Part shown: piece after piece, positions 49,600 to 62,861 of the stretch
How the letters are laid out: the number at the start of each line of letters is the position of its first letter
Numbering within the stretch: the first letter of the stretch is position 1
Source of the DNA: Antechinus flavipes
Taxonomy: Eukaryota
Assembly (NCBI RefSeq): GCF_016432865.1
Contig: NC_067403.1
Location: forward strand, 79,856,001-79,920,000
Length of the DNA: 64,000 nucleotides
Direction of reading: 5' to 3'
Program-made: the position numbers and the translations under genes
The notes under the pieces: generated by a model
Database searches by the model: none
The model's input: the letters and a program-made list of their open reading frames with translations, nothing else
What the model was told of the DNA's origin: nothing

Positions 49600-50810
49600 T
49601 GTACCATTATACAAATTCTCTAAGTGTAAATGGATCCCAAGGCTTTATCTTTTCTCTGCTTCTGTTTTTGTCTTTCTCTCTGACTCTTTTTATCTTTTTC
49701 AATCAGCTTTTACAAATTCAATGGTCACTCCCTTAAAGATGAGTCTCAGATTTATATATCTGGACCTAGTCTCTTTCTTGAACTTTTTAATCCCACATTA
49801 GACACTGCCTATGGGAAATCTAGCTATACCCAAATGTCTCATAGATATCTCAGACTCAATATGCCTAAAATAAAATCATGAAATCCCATGAGATCATAAC
49901 TCTACAGATGGAAGGTTCTTCAATGACCATCTAACCCAACACTCTCATTTTACAAATCACAAAATTGCTGGCTAAGCATGGTGGAATTAAGGGGAAAAGT
50001 TTAAACTTCTCCATCTTAAAAGGCAGCAAAAACCTTTTAGAAGCTATCAGAGCAACTTAGCCAGCCTCTCTCTTGATCTCAAGTCTTGCATCACAAAATG
50101 CCTATTAGACAGAGTAAACTAAATGCCCAGTTAAACATCTTCAACTCAATGTGTCCAAAAATTAATCTCATTATCTCTCCTCCTCAAACCCTTCCCTCTT
50201 CTTAATTCTCCTGCTACTGTCCAGAATACTACCATTTTCACAGTCATTGATTCTTGCAACCTAGATATCACCTTTGGCCTCTCACTCTCATTTGCCACAT
50301 CCAGTTTGTTGCCAAGTCTGGTTGGTTTTTATAAGATCTCTCATTTAAGCCCCTTTTTCTCCTTTGACCTTGTTATCACCTGGATGCAAGCCCTTATTAT
50401 TTCACACCTAGACTATTGCCATGGCTTGCCGGTTCATCTCCTGCCTCAAATCTATCCAAATTCCAGTCCAATGACTCAATGACCAAATTGACCTTCTTAA
50501 GCACAAGGCTCATTATGTCATACCCTTACTCAATCAATTTCAGTGACTCCTTATTATCTCCAGGGTAAAATAGAAAAAGCATGTGTTAGAATTCAAAGCC
50601 CTTCCAACCTCACCCCATTCCTACCTTACAGGGACCTTGCTATTTCTCATGCAAGACATTCTATCTGCAAATCTAGGTATTTCCACTGGTTATCTCCCAC
50701 GTCTGGAACTCTCTCCTTCCTTACCTCTACCCCTTGACTTTCCCAGATTCCTTCAAGTCTCAGTTAAAATTTACCTTCTGCAAAAAACTTTTTCATATCT
50801 TCTTTAAAAA
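49600..50810 (+). mobile_element. L2 fragment(s) with a MIR insertion
   Basis: catcttcaactcaatgtgtccaaaa..cacctagactattgc..ctcaatcaatttcagtgactcc..ttcaaagcccttcc. Confidence 0.75.
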
Positions 50811-50819
50811 GTACCTACC

Positions 50820-51580
50820 CAACTATGCCCAAATGGATATAAAACCTTTGATCCAGTAGTGTCACCATTGAGTCTGTAACCCAAAGAGATCATAAAAGAG
50901 GGAAAAGGACCCACAAGTGCAAAAACGTTTGTGGCAACCCTTTTTGTAGTGGCAAGGGATTGGAAATTGAGTGGATGTCCATCAGTTAGGGAATGTGTGA
51001 ATAAGTTACAGTGTATGAATGTTATGGAATGTTATTGCTCTATAAGAAATGAGGAGCAGGCTAATTTCAGAAAAGCCTGGAAAGACTTACATGAACTGGT
51101 ACTGAGTGAAATGAACAGAACCAGAACATTGTACACAGTAACAACAAGACTATGTGATGACCAACTATGATGGACTTGACTTTTCTCAGCAATACATTGA
51201 TCCCAAAACAATTGTAATAGACTTGGAATGGAAAATGCCATCCACATTCAAAGAGAGAACTATGGAGAATGAATGTGGATCAAAGCATAGTATTTTCAAC
51301 TTTGGAGAGGTTTTGTTTTTGTTTTGTTTTTCTGCCTTATTTTCTCATGGTTTTTTTCTTTGTGTCTGATTTTTCTTGTACAACATGACAAATATGGAAA
51401 CATGTATCAAAGGATTGTACAGGTTTAACATGTCAGATTGCTACTGTTTTGGAGAGGGGGAAAGATAAGGGAGGGAGGAAGAAAATTTTGCAACAGTCTT
51501 ACAAAAATATTGAAAACTATTTTACATGTATTTAGAAAAAATAAAATACTATTGAGGAAAAATGTAACCAAATTAAATAT
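50820..51580 (+). mobile_element. L1 ORF2 end + 3' UTR
   Basis: aactatgcccaaa..cccaaagagatcataaaagagggaaaaggacccac..ggaaattgagtggatgtccatcagtt..tgtatttagaaaaaataaaatact. Confidence 0.9.
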
Positions 51581-52261
51581 ATTTTTAAGAAGTGCATTCC
51601 CTTGTTATCTCCAATTTATCTTGTTTTGTGTGTGTTTTACATGTTGTCTCCTCCATTACACTGAGATCCTTAAGAGCTGGAACTGTCTTTTGCTTTTTTC
51701 CCCATCAAAGCAATTGGCAAAGTGTCTGGAACAGAGCATGTGTTTAATATATGAATGGTTAATAAATGAGCTAACTGGTATCTATTAAGCATCTACTGCA
51801 CAGCAGGAACTGTCCTCAATGGAGGGGTCACAAAGACCAAAATGAGATGGTCCATAGGCTCAAGAAGTTTATATTGGACTGAGAAGGTCAGTTTCTTCTC
51901 CAAAGACTGTACCCTTGGGATCACAACCTCTCCTGAATCCTTCCTTCATGACATCCTCTGCTCCCTAACCACAGACCTTCAGCTACTCAAATGTCTAACA
52001 CTACAGAGTAAGGGAGCCCTGATAGACTACCAATATATAACCATGCCCGACATATGTAAAGTGCTTTATAGTTTGCAACTATTTCTCCCTTCATTTTGAA
52101 ATAATAGTGCTACATGAAATTTTATGCTCTAAATATCAATTGATCCTTATCCAATCAACAAGCATTTAGTACGTGCTTACTTCCTTTGTGCCAAATGGAA
52201 AAAAATGGCTCCTTTCATGAATCTGAGATTTCAAAGGAGGAGACCACCACAATATGTATGT

Positions 52262-52297
<36 letters not shown>

Positions 52298-52589
52298 CAG
52301 TACTATGTATTATATATCTGACTATACCTTGTTTGTACATTGCTGTTTGCATGTTGTCTTCCCCATTATTCTGTGAGTTTTGGAGATCAGGGACTGTCTT
52401 TTACCTTTCTTTGTCTTCATAGCACTTAGTACAACGCGTAGGACACAGTAGATGCTTAATTGGATGCTTCAAAAAGCAACAAAATGACATCATTATGTTG
52501 GAAACAAGTATAGTGTGTCCAACTTTGGCCAAGCAGATTCATATAAATTAAGAAGGTTCTTAAGGTGCTTAATAACTGCTTATTGACTA

Positions 52590-53340
52590 ACTGACAATAC
52601 TACAGATATGGTCCACCAGAGTAGAATACAATGGAACCTTCTTATTCCTGGAAGCTTTTACTTTTTTAATGCATTCCAAAAGTCCCATTAGCTTTTTTGG
52701 CTGTCATGTTATTCTCATGTTTCTTAGGACCCCCTCACCTCCAAATATTCTTCAGGTAAATTGTTCTCCAACAATTTTTTCCCACATCCTATACCCATGA
52801 AATTGAATTTTAAAATCTAGGTGTAAGACTTCCCATTTAAGACTTGGCATTCTGTCCAATGCCCTGTCAAGATCTCTTAGAATCCTATCTTTCTTATCTG
52901 TTTTGCTATTCATCCTTTCTAGGTTTATGGTATCTTCAATTTGGATAAATATTCTCTGTGTGTCTTAATTATCGATACAAAATGTTAAATAGCACAGAGC
53001 CAAGCATAGATCCTTGGGGCACTCTATTAAAAAACCTCCTGCCAAATTGACATTGAACCCTTAATTATTGTATTGATCCAGCCATTCAACCAATTTTGAA
53101 TTTAATTGCATTATCATTTAATCCACAGCTCTATTTGCAGAGTCTCAAAGACGTAAGAATAACATGAGTTATTTTCCACAAGAATAGCATGAGTTATTTT
53201 AATAAATGCTTTGATATAAAAAAATCTAGGTTGGCTATAGCTACAGCATTTTCTGATCATACTAATTTAGTAATCCTGTCATAAAAACAAAAATTAGTCT
53301 GTCATGACCTAGTCTCAATGAAGCCATTCTTGCTCTCCAT
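52590..53340 (-). mobile_element. CR1/L3 reverse-transcriptase fragment
   Basis: The reverse strand at ~52990-53025 reads VPQGSMLGSVLFNI, the RT motif typical of CR1. Confidence 0.85.
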
Positions 53341-54039
53341 AATCACCCTTTCTTTTTCTATATGTTCCATTGTAGATCTATATCTAGATTCAATTTTCCA
53401 TTCTAGAATTTCCAGAAACTAAAGTTGAGTCCACTGGCCTTTAATTTCCCATCTCTGCTCTCTTTCCTTTTTAGAAAATCAAGACTACATTGGCCCTAGC
53501 CTGATGACCATTTGGTCTAAGGCTCCTGGCCAATATTTCTAATTATATTTCTTCATTATCCTGATTTACTTTGGAGATATTAATTCCAGCTCCTTTGAGA
53601 GAGTTGAAGGATTGATGTTTGAAAATTTAGAATTTGGAAATATCACTCTTGACTCCAGTTTGAGGGACTCCAGTCTCCTTTCCTTGTTCCTCCTCTCTTT
53701 CACTTCCTTGACTGTCGTGCTTCCTTTACTTTGTAGCCTTTCCTCAAAAATGCTAAATAAAAAGATCTATTGCTTTCAGCGTTGACTAACCATTCTAATC
53801 TTCTATAAAGTTCTTCTTAGTCACAGTAACAGCCTGTGATATTTGTTGAATTCATTGGTTGTTCTAAGGACCTTTCAAACTGGACACGTGACAATCTTGA
53901 CATTTCTAACTTCACAACATTATTCATATCTGTAACTGAGATGGAATTACCTCCTCCTTGAGAATAGGGATTTTTTTCATTTTTTTGCATTTGCACTTGC
54001 AATATTTTGTATAGTACCTACCAGTGTTTGGTATATTTA

Positions 54040-54650
54040 TAGGGAGTAGGCAAGCAACCAGTAAAGAGGGGGAACTTGAAGGTAAGTGATAGAGTTGGGG
54101 TTAATAGAGAGAAGGAAATCTGCTGGAGAACACAAGATAAAAGTGTTTCACTTTGAGTGTAGAAGGGTTACTTCTTCATGTGAGAAAAGGTGAAGGAGAA
54201 GATAATGAGGAATATATATACTGAAGCCCCTTAACATAAGGACAAGAGGAGAATAAAAGGTGTGGGCCAGGTGGTAAGAAGACAACAATTATAAGAATTC
54301 TGATTGGATGTAAGATATTAATTAAATAAAGGAGAGGTTATTGAGTGATTATAATAAAGGGTGAACTTGGAATTGGCAAAAAATGTGTAACTAGTACTAG
54401 AAAGGATAGCCAGGGGCTATGTCTTTTGGAAAGAGCCATTTCTCAATGGATCTGAAGATGGAAGGAGGAAGGAAGATATAGGTTACACAAAGGAAGCATT
54501 TTAGAGAGAGTAACTTTAGGATAAGGAGCGATATGATGGGAATGTGATGGTTTAAGAAGATTGAGAATAAGGGTGTGATGGGCAATGGGAGATGGAAAAA
54601 TGACAGCAGGAGATTCAAATAATTGTAACAGGGAGGGTTTGACTAGGTAG
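54040..54650 (-). mobile_element. L2 fragment
   Basis: gagagagtaactttaggataaggagcgatatgatggg..gaagattgagaataagggtgtgatgggc resembles the reverse L2 RT region. Confidence 0.55.
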
Positions 54651-54739
54651 GAATGTGTTAATCTTTGAAAAATGAATTCTTATGGTTATCAACAGCCCCA
54701 AAGATTTAATCTCAGGATGAAATCCTTTAAGAGTGTTAG

Positions 54740-55780
54740 CCATGGTATATGATTATGATGGAATACAATTTTTCTAAAAGAAATGATAAGTAGGGTGCTT
54801 TCAGAAAAACCTGGAAAGTTCTCCATGAGCTCATGCAAAATAGAATGTACTGTGTACATCGTAATAGCAAAATTGTGGGATGATCATCTCTAAATGATTT
54901 TGCTGTTCTCAGTACTTCAGTGACCCAAGTTTACGCTCAAGGACTTATGATGAAAAGTGCTCTCCATATGCAAAGAAAGAACTGATTGTGTCTGAATACA
55001 AATTGAAGCACACTTTTTTAAACTTTATTTTTCTTGAGGGATTTCTTTGTTTTCTATGTTTTCTTTTGCAACAAGACTGTATAGAAATATTTTTCATAAT
55101 GGGGTTCTCAAAAAAGGCATAATTAACATTCTCAATGGGGACTGGGTAGAAGTAAAAGGATATCCAGGAAAGACTTGTATCAACTGACACAAAGTGAAGT
55201 AAGCAGAAATAGGAGCACAATTTATAAAATGAGTTCAATATTGTAAAGGGAAAAAAAAAATTGGAAAACTTAACTCTGATCAATGCAGTGACCAGGCACA
55301 CTGAGGATGAAATATGCCTCCTACTTCTTGGCAGAATGGACTAGAAGTCTAGAATAAGACCTATATTTCCAGATATGGCCCATGTATAGATGTTTTGCTT
55401 AACATAGTTATTTGCTCCAAGGAAAGGGTAGTGCATTTCTTAAAGGAAGGGAGAATTGTGGGCAAGAGAATGGGATAGTAATGCAAAAAAGAAAAAAAAA
55501 GAAAGCAAAAAATTTCAATGAAACATCATTTTAAATGTATAGAACAGAGAAGAAGGAAATCCTGAAAGGGAAGCAGGGCAATATTGAATTACCATGTCAA
55601 ACATATGCACTTAAAAAAACCCAACCTATAGATAATAAAAGCTCATGATTTTATCTATGATTCCCTTTCTCTGTTTTTCTTTGTATGTGAAAATGTTTGT
55701 GTACCTTTATGCTTGTCAAGTCCATGATGGTAAAATAATAAACAAAAAAAAAAAATTGTGCAGGAAGCCTCTAATAGGGG
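54740..55780 (+). mobile_element. Two tandem L1/HAL1 3' UTR fragments
   Basis: ttcagaaaaacctggaaag..aaggacttatgatgaaaagtgctctccat..gtctgaatacaaattgaagcacact; second ..tctgatcaatgcagtgacc.. Confidence 0.7.
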
Positions 55781-57559
55781 AAGAGGAATTTCTTTTTGGG
55801 GATGATCCTTTGGCCACTTTTCATCATTTATCCACAATCAATCAGATGGGAACATTTAAAAAATTAGGTTAAAATTCTTTTTGATCATTCTACTTTGGGG
55901 AAGAAATGCTTTTTTTTATCCTTTGCTTTTGAAGACCAGTGACATCAGAGGCAATGTTTTGACTTGCCCATGAATTGGATTTAAGTGAGTCAGAGGTGCC
56001 CAAAGTCCTCAGCCTCACTCTCTGTTCCACAGTCATTGAAGGCTAATGGCAAGGCAAAAGTCAAGATGACCAGTGATGGCTTGGGATGTAGTTAATGACT
56101 TTTCTTGTCATTGCTTTTCTTATAGATCTTGAATGTGCTGGTTTTGCCTTTATGAGATCTTCTGAGAGGTCTGACTACTTTGATATATTTAGAAAAAAGA
56201 TAGTGACTGACACAGATTCTTTTTGCTCAATGTCTATTTAAATACATACAAGGAATCATGCTTTGCCACAGACTCTAATATATTTGTTGCTATAATTACA
56301 TATTACAGAAACAGAAATGGAAGACAGCCATTTTTATTTATATGGCTTGTTAAAGCTACTTTAAGTTATACTTAAATCAGTATCATCACCTCTTCAAAGC
56401 ATATACTAAATTAAATGTACTCCTGTACTACCTAAATGACAATTCTGACCACCTCATTTGAGAAGCTTGAATGGCTCCCTATTACCTCTAAGATATAATG
56501 AAAATTTCTTCACTTGGTTCTTATAAAGTCCACCTCTGTGATATTTCTAAACTTATTGCATATTGTTACATTTCACATAATCTCTATTGCAACCAAACTG
56601 TCCTAGAAATTGGCGTTCCATCTCTGGCCTTCATGTTTTTGCATATTTCATAGCTTTTTGCATTTGCAGATAATAGTAATGCATTCTCTTCTTACTTTAG
56701 CCTATTAAAATCTGTCACTTTCTTCAATGTTCTGTTCATGTGACATATCAGACATAGAGTCTTTATTTACTCTATCCCCAACTTGTTAGTGCTTTCTTCC
56801 TCCCAAAAAGATTAGATCTATAAATCTGTTTATCTGTTCTCTCCCTCCCACCAGACTCACTCCAGTAGACTATAAGTTTCCTGAGGGCAGAAAAGTACAC
56901 TAGGCATTATATAAAAGAAATTAAAGATACTTTCTAGCTGATTACCTTTGAACACAAAAGTTTAATGAGTCAAAAATCCTAATATGTTAAAAGTCACTAC
57001 TTTTCATTTCACAGGCATTTCATTATTTATTTTGATTTCCTGTCAGATAAAGGAAGTCTCTTTGAAAAAGAGTAGTTTAGTTTTCTGACTTTCCCTTCTT
57101 TTGGAGGAATTTAAGTGTTTGCAAAAATCTCTGTAGAAGGGCTTAATTCCACTTTAGGATGTGCTCCTTGCTCTTCAGATCTCTTCTATCATATCACCGA
57201 AATCTCTTCACTCTGGAAATTCACTTTCACCTTGTATTTTTCTTACTGGCAGCAACCTCTTCCTCTGATTAATTGGGTCCCCTCAGAACCTCCATGTTAA
57301 TGAGGTCAGCTATATCTTCATTCTTCTCAGATTTTCTCTATTATCCCCCCACAACCCAGTTCACATATCTCTAGTATGAACACACACACACACAGATACA
57401 CATACACCATTTTTTTCCACATATCCCTAGACTTTTAGTTTCCTTTTATGTATTTTATTCCTTTTTTTTCAAATGTAAGATTCCAGAAAGAGAGACTTTT
57501 TTTTTTGTCCAGATTATATTTGCATTCCCAGAAGTAAATACTTCATTGATTCTCATTGA

Positions 57560-59045
57560 CTGCTCAGAAACAAACAGAACGATAAGGACAAATACAAGCT
57601 AGTATGCCAGGGGAAACAAGAGAACAAAAATACAAGTGGAGCTGTGACTATGTTTGAATGACGATACAAGCAATTCCTTAAAAATTAGAATTGGGCATGT
57701 GGAAGCCAATGACTCCATGAGACATTAAGAGACAATAAAAGTTAGTCAAAAGAATGAAAAATAGAAGTAATGTGAAATATTAGAAAAACATGACTTGGAA
57801 GACAGATCAAGGAGAAATAATTTTAGAATCATTGGATTACCTGAAAGCTATGATAAAAAAAAAAGATCCTAGTTAGCATGTTTCAAAAAGATATAAAGGA
57901 AAATTGCTCCAAGAACTTTGATCCAGATGGTAAAACAAAAATTGAGAAAATCTACTAATCACTTCCTGAGATTCCAAAATGAAGACTGCTAGGAATATTA
58001 TAACCAAATTCCAGAACTTGACCAGCAAGTCAAGAAGAAAATATTATAAGGATCCAGAAAGAAGCAATTCAAATATTGTGGAGCCACAGTCAGGATAACA
58101 CAAAATTTAACAGATTCTCTGATACTTTAATGTATTCTGGAATTCTGGAAGGCAAAGGAGCTAGGATTATCAACAATCTCCCTACCCAGCAAAACTGAGC
58201 ATAAGCTTTCAGGGGGGAAAGGATATTCAATTAAATAGAGGACTTTTAAGCATTCCAGATGAAAAGGTGAGAACTGAATAGAAAAAAAATGCAAATTAAA
58301 ACAGCACAGCACTAATCAGAAATGACAAATGCTAGAAGGGTTGAGGGAAAACAAGTCACTATAAATTGTTTGTGTAAATATGAAATAGGTCAAACATTCT
58401 AAATTGTTCATACCTTTTCCCACTAATACCACTACTAGGCCTATATTCCAAAGAGATTTTTAATAAGAAAAAAGACCTAGATGTACAAAAAAAAACCCCA
58501 CATTTATACAAGCTCTTTTTGTGGTGGTCAAGAATTGGAAACTGGGAAGATGTTCATCACTGGGGGAATAGCTGAAGTTGTAGCATGTAATTGTGAATGG
58601 AGTACTACTTTGTTACTAGAAATGATAGAGGGAGTAGTGATTTCAGGAAAATCTATAGTGAGACCTATATGAATTGATGATGCAAAGAGAAGTGAGATGA
58701 GCCAGATCACTGTGCCCATTAATAGCAATATTATAATGATCAGCTATGAAAGACTCTAATAAGTACAACAATCTGAAAAAAATTCCAAAGGACTCATGAT
58801 GAAAATATTGAGAATTGATTAACTCCAAGTACATCGAAGTGTAACTTTGTCATTTTGTTTTTGTTTTTGCTTTTTGAAATATGGCTACCATGGAAATGTG
58901 TTTTGTGTGATTTCATGTGTATAATCAATATAATTTTTCTTGCCTTTTTAGTAGGTGGAGGAGAATTAAAAGGGAGGAAGAGAATTTAGAACTCAAAATT
59001 TTAAAAGAATATTTTAAAAAGGAAATAATAAAAAAGAAAGATAGA
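57560..59045 (+). mobile_element. Second ORF1 + deleted-ORF2 L1 derivative (HAL1-like)
   Basis: ORF1 remnant (gacttggaagacagatcaaggagaaataattttagaatcattggattacctgaaag = DLEDRSRRNNFRIIGLPE) joins at ~58285 to late ORF2 (aatgcaaattaaaac..), then 3' UTR. Confidence 0.75.
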
Positions 59046-59254
59046 AGCCTCGGAGTGGTCTAGTCTTAATTCAGCAATCTATTGCTTTTGCTTAAAAAAA
59101 ATTAGCAAACTAGGATATGTTATTGATATATGTTGTAACGCACAATGAAGTAATCTTGCCCAGGCCCATTGCTGGCTGAACCTTTTTAAGGATGTACAGA
59201 TCTGGGCACCAGGATCTAAAAAAGAACATCATTCACCCAATGATTATTCTGCAT

Positions 59255-59540
59255 ATTTGGAAAGGGTTCAGAGAAGAGCCATAGAAATGACTAGAGGGCT
59301 TGACAATAAAGCCTTTGAGAAAAGGTGAAAGAAAGTAGAGTTATTCAGTCTTGAACAAAAAGAAGGCAAGAGAGACAACTTAATAACAGTCTTCAAACAG
59401 ATGACGGGTTTACGTATATAGGGTGGTGACCACCTGTTATCCATCTTCACTGAGAACTTGAAAAAGGGAACTAACAGCATTGCCTTGTATATAGGTAATG
59501 TTTCCTTTAAGTCCTTTCAAGTCCATAATCTCCTATTATC
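59255..59540 (+). mobile_element. CR1/L3 C-terminal fragment
   Basis: ttggaaagggttcagagaagagcc = LERVQRRA; gagttattcagtcttgaa = ELFSLE-like. Confidence 0.8.
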
Positions 59541-60582
59541 CTTTACAACAATCCCAGAAGTCTTAAATCCTAACCCAAAGGATTTAAATTCTATAGTAGG
59601 GAGAACAACTGAAGATTTTTAAAGGCTGTCCAGGAGGGCAACAGGATCTTTCTCTAGTGATCTAGAAAAACAGAATTATTTCTCACTAGCTACAGATAGT
59701 TTAAATCTGATCCTGCTTAAAAGAGAAGGAATAATAAAAATGCCCTTGTATAGCACCTTAGCCTTTCCAAAGCACTTTCACATGTTTTATCTTATTTGGG
59801 TATGTTACATGCCTTGGCCAGTGCTCCACAGTTAGGGAATGGTGGAATTCAATTTGACTTCTCTACCATTCATTAAAACCACATTCTCTTAACTATCCCC
59901 ATATAATAGGGTATGAAGTTGGAAGATACTTTAGAGATCTTCTTCTCACCCTACCACCCTATTTTACAGAAAAGGAAACTGAGGCACAGGGAGCTTCAAT
60001 AAATTGCAAGAGATCATATGAACGATAAATGTCAGTACTGAAATATGAAACCACGTTTTCTGACTCCACACCTGGCACTTTTTCTCCCACAAGAGAGCTG
60101 TCTCTATTTGGTCGTTTTGTTACTAAGTTAAACATCTTTCTGTGCAACAAATTCTCAGGTACTTCTACCTCCCACCCTTGGAGCCACAGCATAACTAGTT
60201 TGGAATGAATGAAAAATAAAAAAATAAGGAATGGAATCAGTAGAGGGCTTATTTATTCAATTTTCATGAGTCATGAGTCAATGCTTTTTCTATGGCTGGT
60301 CTTTTCTAGACTCAGGATTTCATATTTAAGTCAATAGTTTTCCCCTGACCTGAGTGCCTCCATTGCAGTGGATCTGACATAATGAGTAACTTCACACTTT
60401 TTGGGAGGGGGAGAGTTGTTGGTGCCTTTTGTTGTTGTTTTTTTTTAATAGATTTTTTTTTATTTCCCAACCCCCTACATATAAAGAATCTACCTTTGTA
60501 ACAAAAATCAATATAATGACCAAGTTTGACAGTAGATACAATGTTCTGTATCCTTAAATTCCCCTATTCAGTCTCACACATA

Positions 60583-60623
<41 letters not shown>

Positions 60624-60669
60624 CTACCAAAACGAGAATATATGTCACTGTCTACTTCAATCCAATTGG

Positions 60670-61140
60670 TCAGTTGGTTGATCATTGCCCTTTATTCTCA
60701 AAGAGGACTAAAAAGACATCACTATGTTGGAGTTAAGGAACAATGTGTCTGATTATGACTGATTGATCAATATGAACTAAGACTACCACAAGTTGGACAC
60801 AAATAGTCCACATGAATATTTGGAGTAGAGATGTTTCTAAATTTGCACATTTCATGTTTCTTTTGAGATACTGCAATTGAGTTACTGTAATTTTGTTTCA
60901 CTCATAGAGCACCACCCTTTCTTTGATACAGGCACATCACGCTGGAGTGAGCCTTTGCCAGCATCTCCCATGTCACAAATAGATTCCAAATTTCTTCAGA
61001 GAGACTTTGAGAGTGTCCTTGTATCACATCTTCTGACCTCTTTAAATACATCATGTGTAAGTTCTGCATAAAATAGTCTTTTAGGCAAATGTATATTTGG
61101 TATTTATATAACATGGCCAGCCCATCAGAGTTGCACTCTG
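60670..61140 (-). mobile_element. RTE-1 clade LINE 3' fragment (non-BovB), decayed
   Basis: Reverse strand cagagtgcaactctgatgggctggccatg..aaaagactattttatg..caaggacactctcaaagtctctctgaagaaatttggaatc is collinear with the recalled marsupial RTE C-terminus and tail. Confidence 0.8.
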
Positions 61141-61944
61141 GATCCAATATACTTGTTTTAAGCACCTACTATACAAGGGGCATTGTGCTAAGGCAATACA
61201 TTTGGGATCAGGGGAAAGAAGAGAAGGGGAAAGGGAATACATATTGTTTTCACTTTCATGGTGTATATTCTTTGGGCTTTGCTTTCTTAACTAGGCATAA
61301 GCTCTAAGTTTTTCTACATGTAAGGGTGTATTTCAAAACCTTTGGTAAGTCTTTTGATTAGTTTTATCAATATATGAAAACACCAGGACTGCCATTAAAG
61401 AGGCAGCCAAGACAATGCCCTTGGCACATACACCCCTCCCCCCAAGGGCTTATCTTTTCACCCTTAGGTCAATAAGCTTTTATTAAGTATTAAATTTGTG
61501 CCCAGCACTGTGTAAGAACTGGAGATGTTAAGTAAAGCAGAAAAAAAAATCCATGACCCTAGGTAAGTTACTTAGCNNNNNNNNNNNNNNNNNNNNNNNN
61601 NNNNNNNNNNNNNNNNNNNNNNNNNNNNNNNNNNNNNNNNNNNNNNNNNNNNNNNNNNNNNNNNNNNNNNNNNNNNNNNNNNNNNNNNNNNNNNNNNNNN
61701 NNNNNNNNNNNNNNNNNNNNNNNNNNNNNNNNNNNNNNNNNNNNNNNNNNNNNNNNNNNNNNNNNNNNNNNNNNNNNNNNNNNNNNNNNNNNTTATTTTC
61801 TATAGGTAGAAGACTACAGGAAGTGGAATAGAAAAAGGAACTTGGAAGAGATAAAGGTGCCTAATAAGGGATACATTCATGGAGAAAATCTTAAGTTCAA
61901 ACTAGAGAAGAATGAGACTTGACTGGTCTATTATTACTCCTTTA

Positions 61945-62380
61945 ATTTTTTAAAATTTTTCAATAGTATTTTATTTTTCCAAATACATATAAATATTCAT
62001 TATTGTAAGACTTTGTGGTCCAAAATTTTCTCTCTCCTTCCCTTACTTTCTCCCCCATCCAAGACAGCAAGAAATCTGATATAAATTATATATGTGCAAT
62101 TCTTTTAAACATATTTGTCATGTGCAAGAAAAATCAGACCAAGAGAGAAAAACCATAGAAAGAAAACAAATCAAAATGGGAAAATTCTATATTTTGATCT
62201 ACATTCAGTCCCTATAGTTTTCTCTCTGGATGAAGATAGCATTTTCCATTCCAAGTCTGTTGTTGTTGAGAAGAGCCAAATTTTTCACAGTCGATCAGCA
62301 TGTACTCTTTTTACTATATGCAATGTTCTCTTGGTTCTGTTTGCTTCACTCAGCTTCAGTTCATATAAGTCTTTTTAGGC
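61945..62380 (-). mobile_element. L1 3' UTR fragment
   Basis: caatagtattttattttccaaatacat..tacattcagtccctatagttttctctctggatgaagatagcattttccat. Confidence 0.85.
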
Positions 62381-62430
62381 ATGTCCTCCTTTAAATGAAG
62401 GGAGGAAAATATAGGGTAGATGGTACTTCC

Positions 62431-62861
62431 TTTAAAAAAAAATTAAAGCTTTTTATTTCCAAAACATATGCATAGATAATTTTTCAACATTAACCCTTGC
62501 AAAACCTTGTGTTCCATTTTTCCCCTCCTTCTTCCCTCCCCTTCCCTAGATGGTAAGCAATCCAATATATGTTAAATATGGTAAAAATATATTAAATCCA
62601 CCATATGCATATTTATATAATTATCTTGTTGCACAAGAAAAATCAAATCAAACAGGAAAAAAATGAGAAAGAAAATAAAATGCAAGCAAACAACAACAAA
62701 AAGAGTGAAAATGCTATATTATGATCCACTCTCAGTTCCCATAGTCTCTCTCTGGGTTTAAATAGCTTTCTTCATCACAAGATCATTAGAACTGGTCTGA
62801 TTCATCTCATTGTTGAAGAGAGTTACATCCCTCAGAATTGATCATCATATAATCTTGTGTA
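62431..62861 (-). mobile_element. 5'-truncated L1 3' end with perfect 14-bp TSD
   Basis: TSD TAGATGGTACTTCC at 62417-62430 and 62862-62875. Confidence 0.88.

Noticed and set aside
53155-53200. 21-bp direct repeat AAGAATA(A/G)CATGAGTTATTTT x2; also GAGATACTAGGA x2 at ~29195-29225
   Set aside because: Only two units, lying within or next to CR1 relics. These are local duplications, not a CRISPR-like or other array.
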